A stretch of 64,000 nucleotides of DNA. It comes from Patescibacteria group bacterium. Its GTDB lineage: Bacteria; Patescibacteriota; Minisyncoccia; UBA6257; UBA9933. Where the stretch lies: NCBI GenBank assembly GCA_038065035.1, contig JBBTRV010000004.1, forward strand, positions 51,798 to 115,797. The letters are read 5' to 3'. Both the position numbers and the translations under genes were made by a program. The notes beneath the pieces were generated by a model, which was not told the origin of the DNA, searched no databases, and was given only the letters and a program-made list of their open reading frames with translations. Shown here piece after piece: positions 1-9,394 of this stretch (the stretch's first letter is position 1; each line of letters starts with the position of its first letter).

Positions 1-224
1 TTTGGCGTGAAACAAAAAAGTTACACGAATTCAATATCGTATCAGAGTTATTAAAACCGACTACTGCCGCTCTGATAATGGGATTTTTCGCATATTTTTT
101 AAAAGTTTTGGGAGTCCATGTTTTGGCAAATATTATAATTTCCGGAGTATTTTATTTTTTATGTATTTATTTTTTAAAAGAAAAGATTTTGGAAGAAATT
201 TTTGTAGTGTTTAGAAATAAATAA
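1..224 (+). CDS. 3' end of a hydrophobic membrane protein (partial CDS running off the window start)
   Basis: The frame is open from base 3 to the TAA at 222-224. The translation ...GFFAYFLKVLGVHVLANIIISGVFYFLCIYFLKEK... is strongly hydrophobic. Confidence 0.4.
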   Translation, partial: WRETKKLHEFNIVSELLKPTTAALIMGFFAYFLKVLGVHVLANIIISGVFYFLCIYFLKEKILEEIFVVFRNK

Positions 225-264
225 AAGCACTTCATTATTTGAGAATATGAAATAGAATAAATAT

Positions 265-1224
265 ATGGAAAAAAATAGTATTAGAGAAATTATCGTATGT
301 AATAATTGTCGAGGGGATCTTCTCTGGGATAATGGGTTTGTTTTATGTATTGAATGTGGTAGTAAATTTTTTATTAAAGATGGAGTTATCCAGTTTTTAA
401 AAAAGAAGAATGAATTTTATGAAGGTGTATACATTCGTCAAATAAAATATATTCCTCAGAAAAATTTTTTAAAAAATTGGTTTTTTTTTAATCTTGTTCA
501 ATCCGGCGTATTGGGTGAAATAAGAAAAGTACTTTGCCCAGGCGGTAAAGCTTTGGATATCGGCTGTGGCGGGGGAATAAAATGGCTTGGAATTTATGCG
601 GAAACCATAGGTATGGATTTTTCTCAGAAGTCACTAGTGGAAGCAAAAAAGTGTTATTCAGAAGTAGTGAGGGGAAATATCCAAAAAATGCCATTTCATA
701 GCGCTTCGCTTAATTTGGTTTATGGCAGTTATATTTTTGAACACTTATCGGCGGAACAAAAAGATATTTTTTTGTCGGAAGTTTTGAGAGTCCTTAAGCC
801 AGGTGGCGCATGCGTATTGCAGTTTGATACGTTATCTGACAATTGGATCACTCGATTTGCATTGCGAGATCAAGAGGCTTATAAAAAAGGATTTATAGAT
901 ATAGATGGGCATATAGGACTTGAGCCACTTTCTGTTGGGATAAAAAGAATAGAACAATCAGGCATGGATATAACCAGAGTTGTTAAATTTGGGACAACTT
1001 TTTTGCAATATCAAGCGACATATAATTGGCTAAATATTTCTTATGGAGATGAGTATGTGTGGATTAAATATCTTTCTATGTTTGTAAATTGGATTTTAAA
1101 TAAGCGTATCGGGATAGCGTTTGAATTTTTCGTTACAGCGGTAGATATGCTAATAAACCCATTTTCAAAAATAGATTTAGCAACTCGTGCCATCGTTGTT
1201 GCCGTAAAGCCGAAACGGGTTTAA
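265..1224 (+). CDS. Class I SAM-dependent methyltransferase with an N-terminal Trm112-like Zn-ribbon
   Basis: N-terminal CNNCRGDL...CIECGSKF zinc ribbon. Glycine-rich motif LDIGCGGG and an acidic loop motif, fitting the Methyltransf_11 type. Confidence 0.7.
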   Translation: MEKNSIREIIVCNNCRGDLLWDNGFVLCIECGSKFFIKDGVIQFLKKKNEFYEGVYIRQIKYIPQKNFLKNWFFFNLVQSGVLGEIRKVLCPGGKALDIGCGGGIKWLGIYAETIGMDFSQKSLVEAKKCYSEVVRGNIQKMPFHSASLNLVYGSYIFEHLSAEQKDIFLSEVLRVLKPGGACVLQFDTLSDNWITRFALRDQEAYKKGFIDIDGHIGLEPLSVGIKRIEQSGMDITRVVKFGTTFLQYQATYNWLNISYGDEYVWIKYLSMFVNWILNKRIGIAFEFFVTAVDMLINPFSKIDLATRAIVVAVKPKRV

Positions 1225-1267
1225 TCTTAATAAGCTATAGATTGTATATTATTTATAGAATATTCCA

Positions 1268-2293
1268 ATGTATAAACTGCTTATTTCAATATGTATCCCT
1301 AGTTATGACAGGCCACAGACTTTACATCGATTGTTAAAATCGGTGGATGTTGACGATGTTGATAATTTAGAAATTGTAATTTGTGAAGATTTTAGCCCCA
1401 AAAGAGAAGAGATAAGAAAAATAGTGGAAAAATTTAAAAAAGATTCAAAATACGCGGTGAATTATATTGAAAATAAAGAAAATTTAGGATATGACAGAAA
1501 TCTTAAAGAATTAATAAAAAATGCAAAAGGCGAATGGATTATTTTCATGGGCGATGATGATATTTTTATTCCATGCGCGTTAAATAAATTCATTTTATTT
1601 TTAAAAGAGCATAATAATTTAGGATATGTATTGCGGGCGCATGATACGGTTCATGAGAATGGCCAGATTGAAAAATTCCGGTATTACGCTAGCAATAAAT
1701 TTTTCGAGCCGGGCGCGGAAACGTTTGCTGAAATTTTGCGTAAAAGCGTTTTTATATCAGGTTTTACGATTAAAAGAGATTTAGTATTGCCCTATTTGGC
1801 GGTTGACGATTTTGACGCTACAGCGCTTTTTCAGATTTATCTTTTAGGAGAGGTGATTATGAAAAACAAATCCGCTTATTTTGACGAACCATTGACGCAA
1901 GAAATGGAAAAAAGAGATTATCGCAAGGATGAAAAACATTTTGACCGTAAAATCAAGAAATTTATTCCCAGGCAAATCACTTTGGACGTTTCTATTTCTT
2001 TTTTAAGCGGGTATGCTAAAATTACGGAATTTATTGATAAAAAATACGGAGTAAATAGCACTGACCTATTTAAAAAAGACATGTCCAAATATTTTTACCC
2101 GAGTTTGTCCGTGCATCGGGACAAAGGATTGAAAACGTTTATGCGATACGTGAAAATGGTAAATAAGCTGGGCTATAACATAACGATTTATTATTATTTG
2201 TATATTATTTTTCTTGTTGTTTTCGGCAGAAAAATTTGCGATTACGCTATTACGATGATTAAAAAAATATTAGGCAGAACTCCAAGATTATGA
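1268..2293 (+). CDS. Family 2 glycosyltransferase
   Basis: N-terminus ISICIPSYDRPQTLHRLLKSV with DxD-like GDDD, a typical GT2 GT-A fold signature. It sits inside the glycan cluster. Confidence 0.7.
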   Translation: MYKLLISICIPSYDRPQTLHRLLKSVDVDDVDNLEIVICEDFSPKREEIRKIVEKFKKDSKYAVNYIENKENLGYDRNLKELIKNAKGEWIIFMGDDDIFIPCALNKFILFLKEHNNLGYVLRAHDTVHENGQIEKFRYYASNKFFEPGAETFAEILRKSVFISGFTIKRDLVLPYLAVDDFDATALFQIYLLGEVIMKNKSAYFDEPLTQEMEKRDYRKDEKHFDRKIKKFIPRQITLDVSISFLSGYAKITEFIDKKYGVNSTDLFKKDMSKYFYPSLSVHRDKGLKTFMRYVKMVNKLGYNITIYYYLYIIFLVVFGRKICDYAITMIKKILGRTPRL

Positions 2294-3195
2294 AAACGGA
2301 AAGTTTTTTAATGCGCTTTTTTAAAAGAAATGGTCTTGATTCAATTGCTTGGTCATTAAGAAGAATTTATTGTCCAGTTAAGAAAACTGATTTAGTTCTT
2401 GAAGTTGGCAGCGGCGGCAATCCTTATTTTAGGGCCAATATCCTTTGCGACGCTTATTTTGAAACTCAAGAGAGATTTTTTGTTCCTTTAATTTATGACA
2501 GGCCGACAATAATCGCGTCCGCTGAAAATTTGCCTTTTAAGAATGACGCGTTTGATTTCGTGATTGCCTCGCATGTTTTAGAACATTCAACAAACCCTAA
2601 AAAATTTTTAGAGGAGATACAAAGAGTGGGGAAGGCCGGCTATATAGAAGTACCTGATGCTTTTATGGAAAGATTAACGCATTATACTTTTCATAGGACT
2701 GAGATAACCGAAAGAAATGGAGAACTATTAATTAGAAAAAAGAAAAATTTTATTCAAGATAAAGAATTAGTCGAACTTTTTGATTATAAGGCCAGTAGGG
2801 TTTTCCCCGAGCTAATTTCTAGGCACCCTTTTCATTTTCATGTTAGATATTATTGGAGAAAGGATGAAGGAGGAATAAGATTTGGGATGATTAATCCCGA
2901 ATATAAATTTGATTGGGATTTTCCGGTCACTAATAAAAATGTGGTTAAAAACAAATTCAATTTAAATAATTTTTTAAAGAAACAAATTCTTTTGCTTTTA
3001 CGAATATTATTTTCTCAAAATAAGAGAAATAAAGACATAAATATAATTAAATTAATGATGTGTAATAAATGTAAAGAGAATAATAGTATTGAATTAAATA
3101 AAGAGAAAGCGAGTGTTAATTGTAGGATTTGCGGAGAAAAATATGTTGTTTATGGAATAAAAAATAATTCATGGAACATAATGCTTCAATTTTAG
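2290..3195 (+). CDS. SAM-dependent methyltransferase with a C-terminal Zn-ribbon
   Basis: LEVGSGGNPY motif I and a FDFVIASHVLEH motif. C-terminal CNKCK...CRICGEKY ribbon. Its ATGA start overlaps the previous gene's stop. Confidence 0.6.
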   Translation: MKTESFLMRFFKRNGLDSIAWSLRRIYCPVKKTDLVLEVGSGGNPYFRANILCDAYFETQERFFVPLIYDRPTIIASAENLPFKNDAFDFVIASHVLEHSTNPKKFLEEIQRVGKAGYIEVPDAFMERLTHYTFHRTEITERNGELLIRKKKNFIQDKELVELFDYKASRVFPELISRHPFHFHVRYYWRKDEGGIRFGMINPEYKFDWDFPVTNKNVVKNKFNLNNFLKKQILLLLRILFSQNKRNKDINIIKLMMCNKCKENNSIELNKEKASVNCRICGEKYVVYGIKNNSWNIMLQF

Positions 3196-3914
3196 ATATA
3201 GGGTATTTTCTTGGGGAATATGGGAAAAATAAAAGCTTAAAATTGCTGGATATAGGATGCTTGGATGGGAAAAAAGTGTTAAAATTTCTTGCTAAAGAAG
3301 AATTTAAGGAAATTGCTTATGTGGGGTTGGATTCTGTTTATTGGGACGAAAATGTTAGCAAAAAACCCGTTTCTTCGGAATGGAAAATTTTTACATATGG
3401 AGATGCTTGTAATTTGCCTTTTCCAGACAAAAAATTTGACCTCATAGTTCTTTCACATGTTTTTGAGCATATTCAAGATAGCGAAAGACTTTGTTTTGAA
3501 ATTAATCGTGTTATAAAAAGGAAGGGAAAAATTCTTGTAATTGTGCCGCTTGAAAAAGGAGGCATTATCGGCTTTATAAATCGCAACCGGAATTTGTGGA
3601 AATATATAAGAATTATTTTAAATAATTTAAGAATTTTCCCTTATCATGTAATTTCTCCTCATGTTAATTTTAAATCACACGAAGAATATAAAAAATTTTT
3701 TGCGAAGAAATTTAATGTTATTGAAAGTTATACAAGAGGAAGTTTTTGGATGTTATTTATTTTGGTTTTACATGAAAATCTCATGGGGTTCGGACGGCAA
3801 AAAATAAATTTATTAGAATTAATCAAAAATTGTTTTCCACGATTTTTCCGTAATACTTATAAAAAAAATATATATTTTAAAATAAACGCTGTTTTTGTTT
3901 TAGAGCCAAAATAA
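3171..3914 (+). CDS. SAM-dependent methyltransferase (Methyltransf_11-like)
   Basis: LLDIGCLDGKKVL motif I and a FDLIVLSHVFEHI motif. Confidence 0.6.
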   Translation: MEHNASILDIGYFLGEYGKNKSLKLLDIGCLDGKKVLKFLAKEEFKEIAYVGLDSVYWDENVSKKPVSSEWKIFTYGDACNLPFPDKKFDLIVLSHVFEHIQDSERLCFEINRVIKRKGKILVIVPLEKGGIIGFINRNRNLWKYIRIILNNLRIFPYHVISPHVNFKSHEEYKKFFAKKFNVIESYTRGSFWMLFILVLHENLMGFGRQKINLLELIKNCFPRFFRNTYKKNIYFKINAVFVLEPK

Positions 3915-3918
3915 ATCA

Positions 3919-5247
3919 ATGAAAACATTTTCTAAATTTTTAAATAAAATAAATTTTTCCGGTTTTGACTTTTTCTCTCTCGGGAACTCCGCTATTCTTT
4001 ATTATTTCTTAATTTTTTATTTAAAGCCGATTTCGGAGTTTTTGGGCATTTCCGAAGATTTAATTGATAATAAATTTGTTCATTATAAAATTATTTTTTA
4101 TATAACTATTGGTTTTATTTTTTTAATTATCGGCTATTTTAGTCAAATTCATTCCATTATTTTAAGAAAATCTTCAAATTTTTTGAAGCAGAAATGGGAT
4201 TTTAACAAGGCGCTTTGGATATTTGCCGGCGTTTTTATTTTAAGTTTAATTGTAAAGGCAATAAGAATTTTTGGCGGCGGATATTCTCACTTGTATCAAA
4301 ACCCGCTTTTTATTAAAAATCATTTTTATAATTTAGTTGGCTTGCTGGATTGGCTGGCTTATATTGCTTTAATTATTGCTTTCGCTAGTTATTTTTCTCT
4401 TAGAAAAGATAATGATGAGCGATATAAAATTTGGCGCTTTATCGCTTGGGGAACTCTTATTATTGAAATAATTTATGCGTTGCCTTCTTGCAGTAGGATG
4501 CCGGTTATTATACCGATATTGCTTTATTTGATTATTCGATGGCATATTTTTGAAAAAAAATATCTGAAAACTGTAACAATTTTATTCTTTTCTATTCTTT
4601 TCTTATTTCCTTTTGGGAGTATTTGCCGTCTTCCCGCTTATACTGATTTAACTCATAAGCAAGTTATTCAACTTACTATTGGCAATAATATTATCTCTGG
4701 CGAAAATAAACAAACTATCACCTCCACTATTTATTATGCCGGCAATTTTGTGATTAAGAGTTTTTTCTTAAGGATAGATCAGTCAGCTATTTTTTCTGGA
4801 GTTATTAAATATTATCAATCTTTTTCGCATGGAGCGACATTTCGCGAGCTTTTATTTGTTTTTGGACCGCCTAGATTTTTATGGAATAATAAGCCTCCTA
4901 GTATGAACGTCGACGGAAACTCATTTGGCCATAAAATACATATTTTATCTGATAACGATTTTAAAACTAGTGTAGGTCCTACGGTATTAGGCGATTGGTA
5001 TATTAATTTTGGATTAGTCGGGATTATTTTTGGGATGTTTTTTATGGGCGCGCTTTTTCGTTTAATTTATGAATATTTAATTAAAATGACCGAAGTTTCG
5101 CTTTCGGGAGTTATGATTTATAGCGTTTTATGGATTCAGATTATTAAAGGCATGGAAGACTGGATTGCGCCAGTTTACGTAGGTATTATTAGAATAACAG
5201 TTATTTTGATAATTATTCACTTTTTATTAATAAAAAAAACTAAATGA
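3919..5247 (+). CDS. Polytopic membrane protein, O-antigen polymerase/ligase-like (Wzy-type)
   Basis: About 10 predicted TM helices. It lies between glycosyltransferases in a polysaccharide cluster. No direct motif evidence. Confidence 0.45.
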   Translation: MKTFSKFLNKINFSGFDFFSLGNSAILYYFLIFYLKPISEFLGISEDLIDNKFVHYKIIFYITIGFIFLIIGYFSQIHSIILRKSSNFLKQKWDFNKALWIFAGVFILSLIVKAIRIFGGGYSHLYQNPLFIKNHFYNLVGLLDWLAYIALIIAFASYFSLRKDNDERYKIWRFIAWGTLIIEIIYALPSCSRMPVIIPILLYLIIRWHIFEKKYLKTVTILFFSILFLFPFGSICRLPAYTDLTHKQVIQLTIGNNIISGENKQTITSTIYYAGNFVIKSFFLRIDQSAIFSGVIKYYQSFSHGATFRELLFVFGPPRFLWNNKPPSMNVDGNSFGHKIHILSDNDFKTSVGPTVLGDWYINFGLVGIIFGMFFMGALFRLIYEYLIKMTEVSLSGVMIYSVLWIQIIKGMEDWIAPVYVGIIRITVILIIIHFLLIKKTK

Positions 5248-6428
5248 AAATTCTTCACATAGTCCCGACTTATTTTCCGGCTCATCGCCAAGGCGGGCCG
5301 ATTAAAAGCGTTCACGAATTAAATAAGGGATTGGTTAAATTGGGAACTGATATAACCGTTTATACAACAAATATGGACGCGTCCGGATTTTTAAATGTTC
5401 CGCTTAATCAGGAAGTTAATGTCGATGGTGTAAAAGTTTTTTATTTTCCAATTACATTTAGATTATGGCAATATTCTTTTGCTATGAAAAAAGCACTGGC
5501 GAAAAATGTTGAAAATTTTGATTTAATACATATTACATCTGTTTTCCTTGCGGTTTCAACATTGGGAACTTATTATGCTAAAAGATTTAATAAGCCTTAT
5601 GTTATTTCTCCGCGAGGCAGTTTTATGTTAGAGCCGCTTAAATTTAGCTTTCTAAGGAAGAAAATTTATATAAATTTAATTGAAAAAATAAATTTAGCCG
5701 GCGCTGATGCGATTCATTTTACCGTTGAAAAAGAAAAAGAAGATTATTTGAAATTAAGATTACCTTTAAAGAAAGCTATGATTATTCCTAATAGCATAGA
5801 TGTTGGCGATAAAAAGAAAATTGTTTCGGGGAGTTTTAGAAAAAAGTTTAAAATTTCTGACAGCGCAAAAATTGTGCTTTTTATGGGGCGACTGCATAAA
5901 ATAAAGGGTTTAGATATTTTGATTTCGGCTTTTAGCGAGATAGTTAAAAAAGAGCCGAACTTGGTTTTGGTTTTAGCCGGACCGGACGACGAAGGGTACG
6001 GAAAAAATCTCAAATCTCAAATCTTAAATCTTAAAATTGACGATAAAGTTTTATTTACTGGAATGTTGATAGGAGACGATAAAATCGCGGCTTATCGCGA
6101 AAGTGATGTTTTTGTTTTGCCGTCTTATTCGGAAAATTTCGGAATGTCGGTAGTGGAGGCAATGGCAATAGGTTTGCCCGTTGTGATTACAAAAGGCGTC
6201 GGAATTTCTCCTAATGTTGAGCGCGTCGGCGCCGGAATTGTGATCAAAAAAGACGAGAAGCAATTAACAGCAGCGATTTTGAAGATTTTAAATAATTCGG
6301 AATTAGCAAAAAAAATGGGCGGAAACGGCAGAAAATTAGTTGAAACCGAATTTTCCAGCGATAAAGTGGCTAAAAAATTTATTAAAGAATATAATGAGAT
6401 GATCGCCAATTATGAAAGCCCCAATTAG
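5244..6428 (+). CDS. GT4-family glycosyltransferase
   Basis: N-terminus MKILHIVPTYFP...GGP and a C-terminal ENFGMSVVEAMAIGLPVVITK EX7E-like motif. Confidence 0.75.
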   Translation: MKILHIVPTYFPAHRQGGPIKSVHELNKGLVKLGTDITVYTTNMDASGFLNVPLNQEVNVDGVKVFYFPITFRLWQYSFAMKKALAKNVENFDLIHITSVFLAVSTLGTYYAKRFNKPYVISPRGSFMLEPLKFSFLRKKIYINLIEKINLAGADAIHFTVEKEKEDYLKLRLPLKKAMIIPNSIDVGDKKKIVSGSFRKKFKISDSAKIVLFMGRLHKIKGLDILISAFSEIVKKEPNLVLVLAGPDDEGYGKNLKSQILNLKIDDKVLFTGMLIGDDKIAAYRESDVFVLPSYSENFGMSVVEAMAIGLPVVITKGVGISPNVERVGAGIVIKKDEKQLTAAILKILNNSELAKKMGGNGRKLVETEFSSDKVAKKFIKEYNEMIANYESPN

Positions 6429-7200
6429 CGTCATTATTTTAACTTATAACGAAGAAATTCATATTGAGCGGTTGTTAAAAAATATCGCTGATTTTGCGGA
6501 TGAAATTTTTATTGTTGATTCTTATTCAACAGATAAAACTTTAGAAATAGCTAAAAAATATGGTGTAAAAATTATTCAACATGAATTTGAAAATCAAGCT
6601 CAGCAATTTAACTGGGCTTTGGATAATTTAGAAATCAAAAACGAGTGGATTTTGCGACTTGATGCCGACGAGTATTTGACTCCCGAACTGAAAAAAGAGA
6701 TTAAAGAAAATTTTTCTGCTACGGTTAATGGTTATTATATGAAGCGTCGAGTTTATTTTATGGGGCGGTGGATAAAACATGGCGGTTATTATCCGACTTG
6801 GATTTTGAGATTATTCAGAAAAGGCAAGGCGCGTTCCGAACAAAGAAAAATTGATGAACATATAGTTTTATTGGAGGGTAAGACTGGGAGATTTAAAAAT
6901 GATTTTGCTGACGAAAATAAAAAAGATCTAACTTTTTGGATTGAAAAACATAATAATTATTCTTCCAAGGAAGCAACTGATGTTTTGATTGGGAATTATG
7001 GAAGGGGTTGTAAAAAATATTATTATCGCTTGCCGATCTTTTTCCGCGTATGTGTTTATTTTTGTTATCGCTATTTTATAAGATTAGGATTTTTAGACGG
7101 CAAAGAAGGTTTAATTTTTCATTTTTTGCAGGGATTTTGGTATCGTTTTCTAGTTGATGCGAAAATTTATGAAAAGCGAAAGATTAATAAAAACACTTAA
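6412..7200 (+). CDS. GT2-family glycosyltransferase
   Basis: ISVIILTYNEE...IVDSYSTDKT and a LDADEY DxD motif. Confidence 0.7.
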   Translation: MKAPISVIILTYNEEIHIERLLKNIADFADEIFIVDSYSTDKTLEIAKKYGVKIIQHEFENQAQQFNWALDNLEIKNEWILRLDADEYLTPELKKEIKENFSATVNGYYMKRRVYFMGRWIKHGGYYPTWILRLFRKGKARSEQRKIDEHIVLLEGKTGRFKNDFADENKKDLTFWIEKHNNYSSKEATDVLIGNYGRGCKKYYYRLPIFFRVCVYFCYRYFIRLGFLDGKEGLIFHFLQGFWYRFLVDAKIYEKRKINKNT

Positions 7201-7226
7201 AATTTCCACAAAAAATTGACTATTTA

Positions 7227-8300
7227 TTGATTATTTTGTTTAATTATAAAGATATGGAACAAAATTATAAACAGCAATTGAAAGGTAAAACCATCTTAAT
7301 AACCGGCGGCACTGGTTCTTTTGGCAACGCCATGGTGGATAAGCTTTTGGCGTTAAATGTTAAAAAAGTCATTGTTTTCAGCCGCGACGAAAAAAAGCAG
7401 TTTGATATGGGTAATAAATATAATAGTGATAAGCTTAAATTCATTACTGGCGATGTCAGGGACCGCGATGAAGTTTCTCATGCCATGAACGGCGTTGACT
7501 ATGTCTTTCACGCCGCCGCTTTAAAGCAAGTGCCAAACTGCGAATTTTTCCCTTGGGAAGCGATTAAAACTAATACGCTCGGCGCGCATAATGTCATCGA
7601 TATGGCAATTAAAAGCGAAGTGAAGCGGGTGGTTATTTTAAGCACTGATAAAGCGGTTTATCCTATTAACGTGATGGGAATGACCAAAGCTTTAATGGAA
7701 AGGATTATGATTGCTATTTCGCGGGAAAAAAGAGGAAAAACTATTTTATGCGGCACTCGCTATGGCAATGTAATGCATACCCGCGGTTCGGTTATTCCGT
7801 TTTTTATTGATTTAATGAAGATTAATGAGCCTTTAAAAATTACCGATAAAAATATGACGCGTTTTATGATGCCCTTGAACCAATCAGTTGATTTAGTGCT
7901 TTATGCATTGACGAATGGCCGACCGGGCGAAATTTATGTTCGCAAATCGCCGGCTGCTGCTATCGGTGATTTAGCTAAAGCGATGGCAGAGCTTTTTAAT
8001 TATAAAAAAGGAATTAAAGAAGTGGGTGTCCGGCCGGGTGAGAAATTGCACGAAACTTTGATTTCCAGCGAAGAATCAGTCAGGACGATTGATTGCGGTG
8101 ATTATTATAAAATAATGCCGGAGGTTCCCGGTATGGATTATCGGGAGTATTATTTGGGTGAAGAATATCCTTCTAGTGGTTTGTCGAATGAAGGTTATAC
8201 TTCTGCCAATACAAAAAGACTTTCAGTTGAAGAAATAAAAAAACTTTTGCTTTCATTAGATGAAATTAAGCAAGAACTTAAAAATTGGAATAACCGGTAG
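7227..8300 (+). CDS. UDP-N-acetylglucosamine 4,6-dehydratase/5-epimerase (CapE/FnlA/WbjB-like, CapD family)
   Basis: ILITGGTGSFGNAMVDKLL...VIVFSRDEKKQ is the characteristic N-terminus of this family. An SDR-like YxxxK region is present. Confidence 0.75.
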   Translation: MIILFNYKDMEQNYKQQLKGKTILITGGTGSFGNAMVDKLLALNVKKVIVFSRDEKKQFDMGNKYNSDKLKFITGDVRDRDEVSHAMNGVDYVFHAAALKQVPNCEFFPWEAIKTNTLGAHNVIDMAIKSEVKRVVILSTDKAVYPINVMGMTKALMERIMIAISREKRGKTILCGTRYGNVMHTRGSVIPFFIDLMKINEPLKITDKNMTRFMMPLNQSVDLVLYALTNGRPGEIYVRKSPAAAIGDLAKAMAELFNYKKGIKEVGVRPGEKLHETLISSEESVRTIDCGDYYKIMPEVPGMDYREYYLGEEYPSSGLSNEGYTSANTKRLSVEEIKKLLLSLDEIKQELKNWNNR

Positions 8301-9033
8301 TCAAGGATTTATCGGCGGTCATATTGCAGTGGTTTTGAAAAATCAAGGCGTAAAATTGTCTTTTTTTGATTTGCCAAAGAATGATTTGTTGAAGCCGGGA
8401 AAGAATCTTGAAAATTTTATTAAGGATAAAGATGCGATATTTCATACTGCGGCTGTAAATCGCGGAACTGACACCGAAATAATTGTCGGTAGCGTTGTTT
8501 CAACTTATAATTTAATTTCAGCGATTGAAAAATTAAAAAAGAGGCCGAAATTGATATTTTTATCTTCGATTCAGGCCGAAACAGAAACTTTGTATGGCAA
8601 AAGCAAGCGATTAGCTGAAATAATGCTTGAAGATTTTTCTAAAAAAAATAAAATTCCAGTTGTCATTTTTAGATTAACAAATGTTTTTGGAGAAGGCTGT
8701 AAACCATTTTATAATTCCGTTGTCGCTACATTTTGTTATCAAGCGGCAAACGGCAAAGAATTAACCGTTAATCCGGAAAGCAGAAACAAAAAAATAAACC
8801 TTATTTACGTGAAAAACGTGGCTAGTGAAATAGTAAAAGAAATAAGTTGCCGGCGAAATAATAATTTTTACCTAAAAAATATTAATTCAAAAAACGAAAT
8901 TTCAATTGGCGATTTGGCAAAATTGATTCAATCATTTAAAAATCAGCAAAAATTAAAATCCCTACTTGCTGGTAAGCAAGGAAAATTTTATAAAGATTTA
9001 TATAAAACATATTTATCATATGTTGAAAAATAA
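8260..9033 (+). CDS. NAD(P)-dependent SDR reductase, equivalent to the N-terminal domain of CapF/FnlB/WbjC
   Basis: IGITGSQGFIGGHI Rossmann motif. Position after the CapE-like gene and before a cupin ORF. Confidence 0.6.
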   Translation: MKLSKNLKIGITGSQGFIGGHIAVVLKNQGVKLSFFDLPKNDLLKPGKNLENFIKDKDAIFHTAAVNRGTDTEIIVGSVVSTYNLISAIEKLKKRPKLIFLSSIQAETETLYGKSKRLAEIMLEDFSKKNKIPVVIFRLTNVFGEGCKPFYNSVVATFCYQAANGKELTVNPESRNKKINLIYVKNVASEIVKEISCRRNNNFYLKNINSKNEISIGDLAKLIQSFKNQQKLKSLLAGKQGKFYKDLYKTYLSYVEK

Positions 9034-9394
9034 AAAATTAGAAATCAAAAGCGATGAAAGGGGAAGTTTCATTGAGGTCTTTAAAATTCCTGAGTTTGGG
9101 CAAGTTTCTTATTCCACAACAAAGCCGGGCGTTATAAGAGGAAATCATTATCACACAAGAAAAAAAGAAATTTTTTGCGTAATAGAAGGCGAGGCGAAAA
9201 TCCGCCAAAGAAACCGCGAAATCAATGAAATTGAAGAAAAAATCGTTTCTGGCGCGCTTCCGGAACTGGTTGAAATGAAATTAAATTGGACACATAATAT
9301 ACAAAATATAGGAAACAATGAAATGAAGCTTTTAATTTGGATAAGTGAAGTTTTTGATCAAAATAATCCAGATACTTTTTATGAAGAAGTCTAA
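8966..9394 (+). CDS. Cupin-domain protein, equivalent to the C-terminal epimerase domain of CapF/WbjC (likely real start near 9020)
   Basis: SDERGSFIEVFK...GVIRGNHYHTRKKEIFCVIEGEAKI cupin motif. It overlaps the upstream SDR ORF in a different frame. Confidence 0.6.
   Translation: MLVSKENFIKIYIKHIYHMLKNKKLEIKSDERGSFIEVFKIPEFGQVSYSTTKPGVIRGNHYHTRKKEIFCVIEGEAKIRQRNREINEIEEKIVSGALPELVEMKLNWTHNIQNIGNNEMKLLIWISEVFDQNNPDTFYEEV

Noticed and set aside
488-694. Many 60-140-aa minus-strand ORFs lying inside long plus-strand genes (e.g. 488-694, 5744-6409, 10196-10420, 11149-11463, 27192-27491, 36199-36831, 53527-53847, 62743-63498)
   Set aside because: They are antisense to genes with clear homology, have low-complexity or odd composition, lack starts or RBSs, and are typical shadow ORFs.
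2282-2293. Possibility of an alternative genetic code (UGA recoding), as in some CPR lineages
   Set aside because: TGA, TAA and TAG all terminate well-conserved genes. One example is the ATGA stop/start overlap at 2290. The in-frame TAA cases are isolated, so pseudogenes or errors are more parsimonious.
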